A stretch of 61,958 bases of DNA, filler included, from Choristocarpus tenellus KU-1152 (Eukaryota > Protista > Phaeophyceae), in assembly GCA_964200185.2 (NCBI GenBank). It is 12 parts of 12 records of this genome, joined end to end, with 100 filler letters (N's around TTAATTAATTAA, not from the genome) between each part and the next. Parts side by side here need not be neighbours in the genome. Positions count along the whole stretch, not along the records: positions 59,194 to 61,958 come from CAXNAD020024935.1; 11 more parts are not named here. One strand, written 5' to 3'. Shown here piece by piece: positions 59,595 to 61,958 of the stretch. The position numbers and the translations under genes were made by a program. Each line of letters starts with the position of its first letter. Position 1 is the first letter of the stretch. The notes beneath the pieces were generated by a model that was given only the letters and a program-made list of their open reading frames with translations, did no database searches and had not been told where the DNA came from.

Positions 59595-61816
59595 ATGTCT
59601 GGAGGACGCAGCGTTGTCGTGGTTGGCGGAGGGTATGCTGGATGTATGGCTGCCAAAGGTCTCGATAAGGACTTCGACGTTACACTTGTCGCTGGGCAGG
59701 AGGTAATGGTGCACGCCGTTGCTGGCCTGCGTGCTTCAGTGGTCTCGAGCTGGGTAAAACGATGCTTGATACCCTACACGAAACTACTGAAAAGTGGTAA
59801 GGTAGTGCATTCCCCCGCAGCAACTATCGATGCGGAAGGTTGCAAAGTGATACTGGTTTCAGGGGAGGAGTTGCGTTACGACTTCCTTATCTTGGCGACG
59901 GGCTTGCTGGGACCCAAGACGGGTGAGCTCTCGCCCATGTACAGTTGATTGGTTTCAGAGGATGGATGAGTTTTTTTTTGAGCTTTAAACTTTGCCAATT
60001 TTTTCCACACAACTTTTGACCTCTACTGAAAGGAACTTTAGGGAAGTGCAAGGTCCTGGAGAGTTTAGGTTAGCACGATTGATGTGTATGTAGCTATGCA
60101 TAGCACTGGCAGGGCTAATTTTCATCATCCTATGCTTGTTTGACCCAGTTTCGTTGCTCCTCGCTGTCTTATATCGACTCTCGCCAAACATCCTTAACTT
60201 CGTTCAACATGCCGTGAATGGCAGTGGGTATGGCTGGAAGATCGGTGACAGTAGCCGATATAACAGCACTGTATAAAAAGAGGGAGTTGCAAATCAGCGC
60301 TGCGACGGATATTCTTGTGGTAGGTGGAGGCTCTGTTGGGATTGAGATTGCTGGGGAGATTATGGAGACATACCCAGACAAGAAGGTGAACCTGGTGACC
60401 TCTTCAACTCTGATGGTGTCTCCTCTGGTGGCCCTGTCGGACAAGTTTCGTGCATCTCTCAAATCAAAGCTGGAGGCAGTAGGTGTGACGGTGCACCTCA
60501 ACAATGGGCGCATCGAGGTTGGGACAGAGGCTGAGGAGACAGGGTTTATCACTGGTCGCCGTACTTACCAACTGAAGGAGGGCCAGCTGGAAGCAGACCT
60601 GTGTATCCTTGCTACGGGTACTATGCAGGCATCTTCCCTCTATGAAGACAGTGGACTTGGGGGTTGGCTGGATGAACGTGGGCAAGTAAAGGTGCGATCC
60701 CATGCCACTTGTTAAAGAATCACATTGCATACCAGTAATGAAGTGTATACTGCGCATATATTTTAGTTCATTTCATCTTGAAGCCTAATAATGTGGAGAT
60801 AATTTCCCCTCGTACTTTCTCTCCAGAGTATTACAATATTTCCATGGCACCAAATATCACATAATTCTTTTAGGCGCAAGTAGTTCTACAAGATCTTTCA
60901 CTCCCTGTAATGCGTCTATGTTCCAACATGGGTACCATTCCTTTCACTTCCACCACTTAGCGACATCTTGAAGGCAATAAGAGCCATTGTTTCCATTGTC
61001 TTTGTTCTTGGGTCCATTTTGGATATCTCTGTGCCCCATTTCATTCATGTTCATGGTATCTTTAACTGTAAAGCTGAGTAGGATGTGTCAACTAGGGATA
61101 GACACTGCTTGACCGGAGGACTCCAGTCCTTAAAAAATTCAAACCATGATGTTTTCTTTCTGGGAAGTCCTTCATATATTGGATTTCTTGTTTAAACTTT
61201 TTTTGTCCATCCACCTATCTCTCTCAATATGTTTGTGTTCTGTTGTGAAGAACATGGGTGGCCTGAGATGCTAGATGTGAGCAAGCCTTGGTTTTGAATT
61301 TGTTCGTTACACTCTGGGCGTGCCCAGCAACTCCCTCATTGTAGCTGATCCGCCCTGTCTTGGTAGTTGTTTGGAGGGTGTATTTGCTCTCTATACTAAG
61401 GGTCTTCACCTGATGGTTTTCTCCCCACCTCCATTTCACCCCTTGCACCTGCCCTCTTTTTCGTTGTGATGAAGGTAAATGATACTGCAGAGGTCAAGGG
61501 AGCTGGGGGGGGAGGCAAAGTGTTTGCAATTGGTGACTGCAATGACATGCCTATCCCTAAGGTAGCCTTCCTTGCCACAGATATGGGAACTGCTGTGTGC
61601 AAGAACATTAGGGCCAGTACTGCTGGTAAGCCCCTTAAGAAAATGGTCCCCTTTGTACCAGTTGCCTCTATTGTGCCTGTTGGCAGCAAGGGTGGGGCTA
61701 GCCAGCTTCCATTCATGGTTGCTGGAGACTTTGTCACGAGAAAGATCAAATCTGCTGACTTGGTCTGTGGTAAGTTTTGGGCTGCTGCAAACATGGGCAA
61801 AGCCCCTGCTCTTTAG
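59595..61816 (+). CDS. AIFM2: AIFM2/FSP1 (AMID)-like FAD/NAD(P)H oxidoreductase, complete 3-exon gene
   Basis: Exons 59595-59922, 60225-60691, 61475-61816: VVVVGGGYAG, YDFLILATG, ILVVGGGSVGIEIAGEI, ADLCILATG, VFAIGDC, IKSADL. Confidence 0.92.
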
Positions 61817-61958
61817 ACTATTGCCCTCCTCTTCCCTGGATTCAAGGCGGAAGGAATAAGCTATTGTAGTTATGTACCTCTTTTACTGCTGAGTACCACC
61901 TGTTAAAGTATCCCCAAAATCATCAAAGAGGATAAAGGTGATAAACCCGGCGAGATTG

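Overview
This is not one locus. It is 12 short eukaryotic contigs joined by artificial 100-nt spacers (44 N + TTAATTAATTAA + 44 N), so adjacency across spacers means nothing. The genome is intron-rich and TE-dense; long GT-AG introns, TTAGGG-type repeats and the gene set suggest a stramenopile, possibly brown-algal lineage (inference). Hand-spliced genes: Sec66-like translocon subunit (4 exons), PNPase S1 last exon, AGC kinase, NPC1/Patched-family C-terminus, PH-like protein, cytoplasmic dynein-1 heavy chain exons, PPR(-Smr) protein, a complete AIFM2/FSP1-like oxidoreductase and two orphan genes. Mobile DNA: a decayed Copia with nested solo LTR and MITEs, a Copia deletion derivative, a chromodomain-bearing Gypsy, a plant-type (DD39D/Stowaway-like) mariner remnant and a radiation of Sola2-like MITEs. 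Best candidates for new biology: (i) tRNA-like Pol III A/B-box cassettes inside LTRs; (ii) polarity of telomeric and G/C tracts in introns (TTAGGG/poly-G after donors, CCCTAA/poly-C before acceptors); (iii) a degenerate ~63-bp tandem array that converts to ~140-bp units; (iv) unrelated MITE interiors converging on ~255-265 bp. All coordinates were read by eye and no database searches were run.
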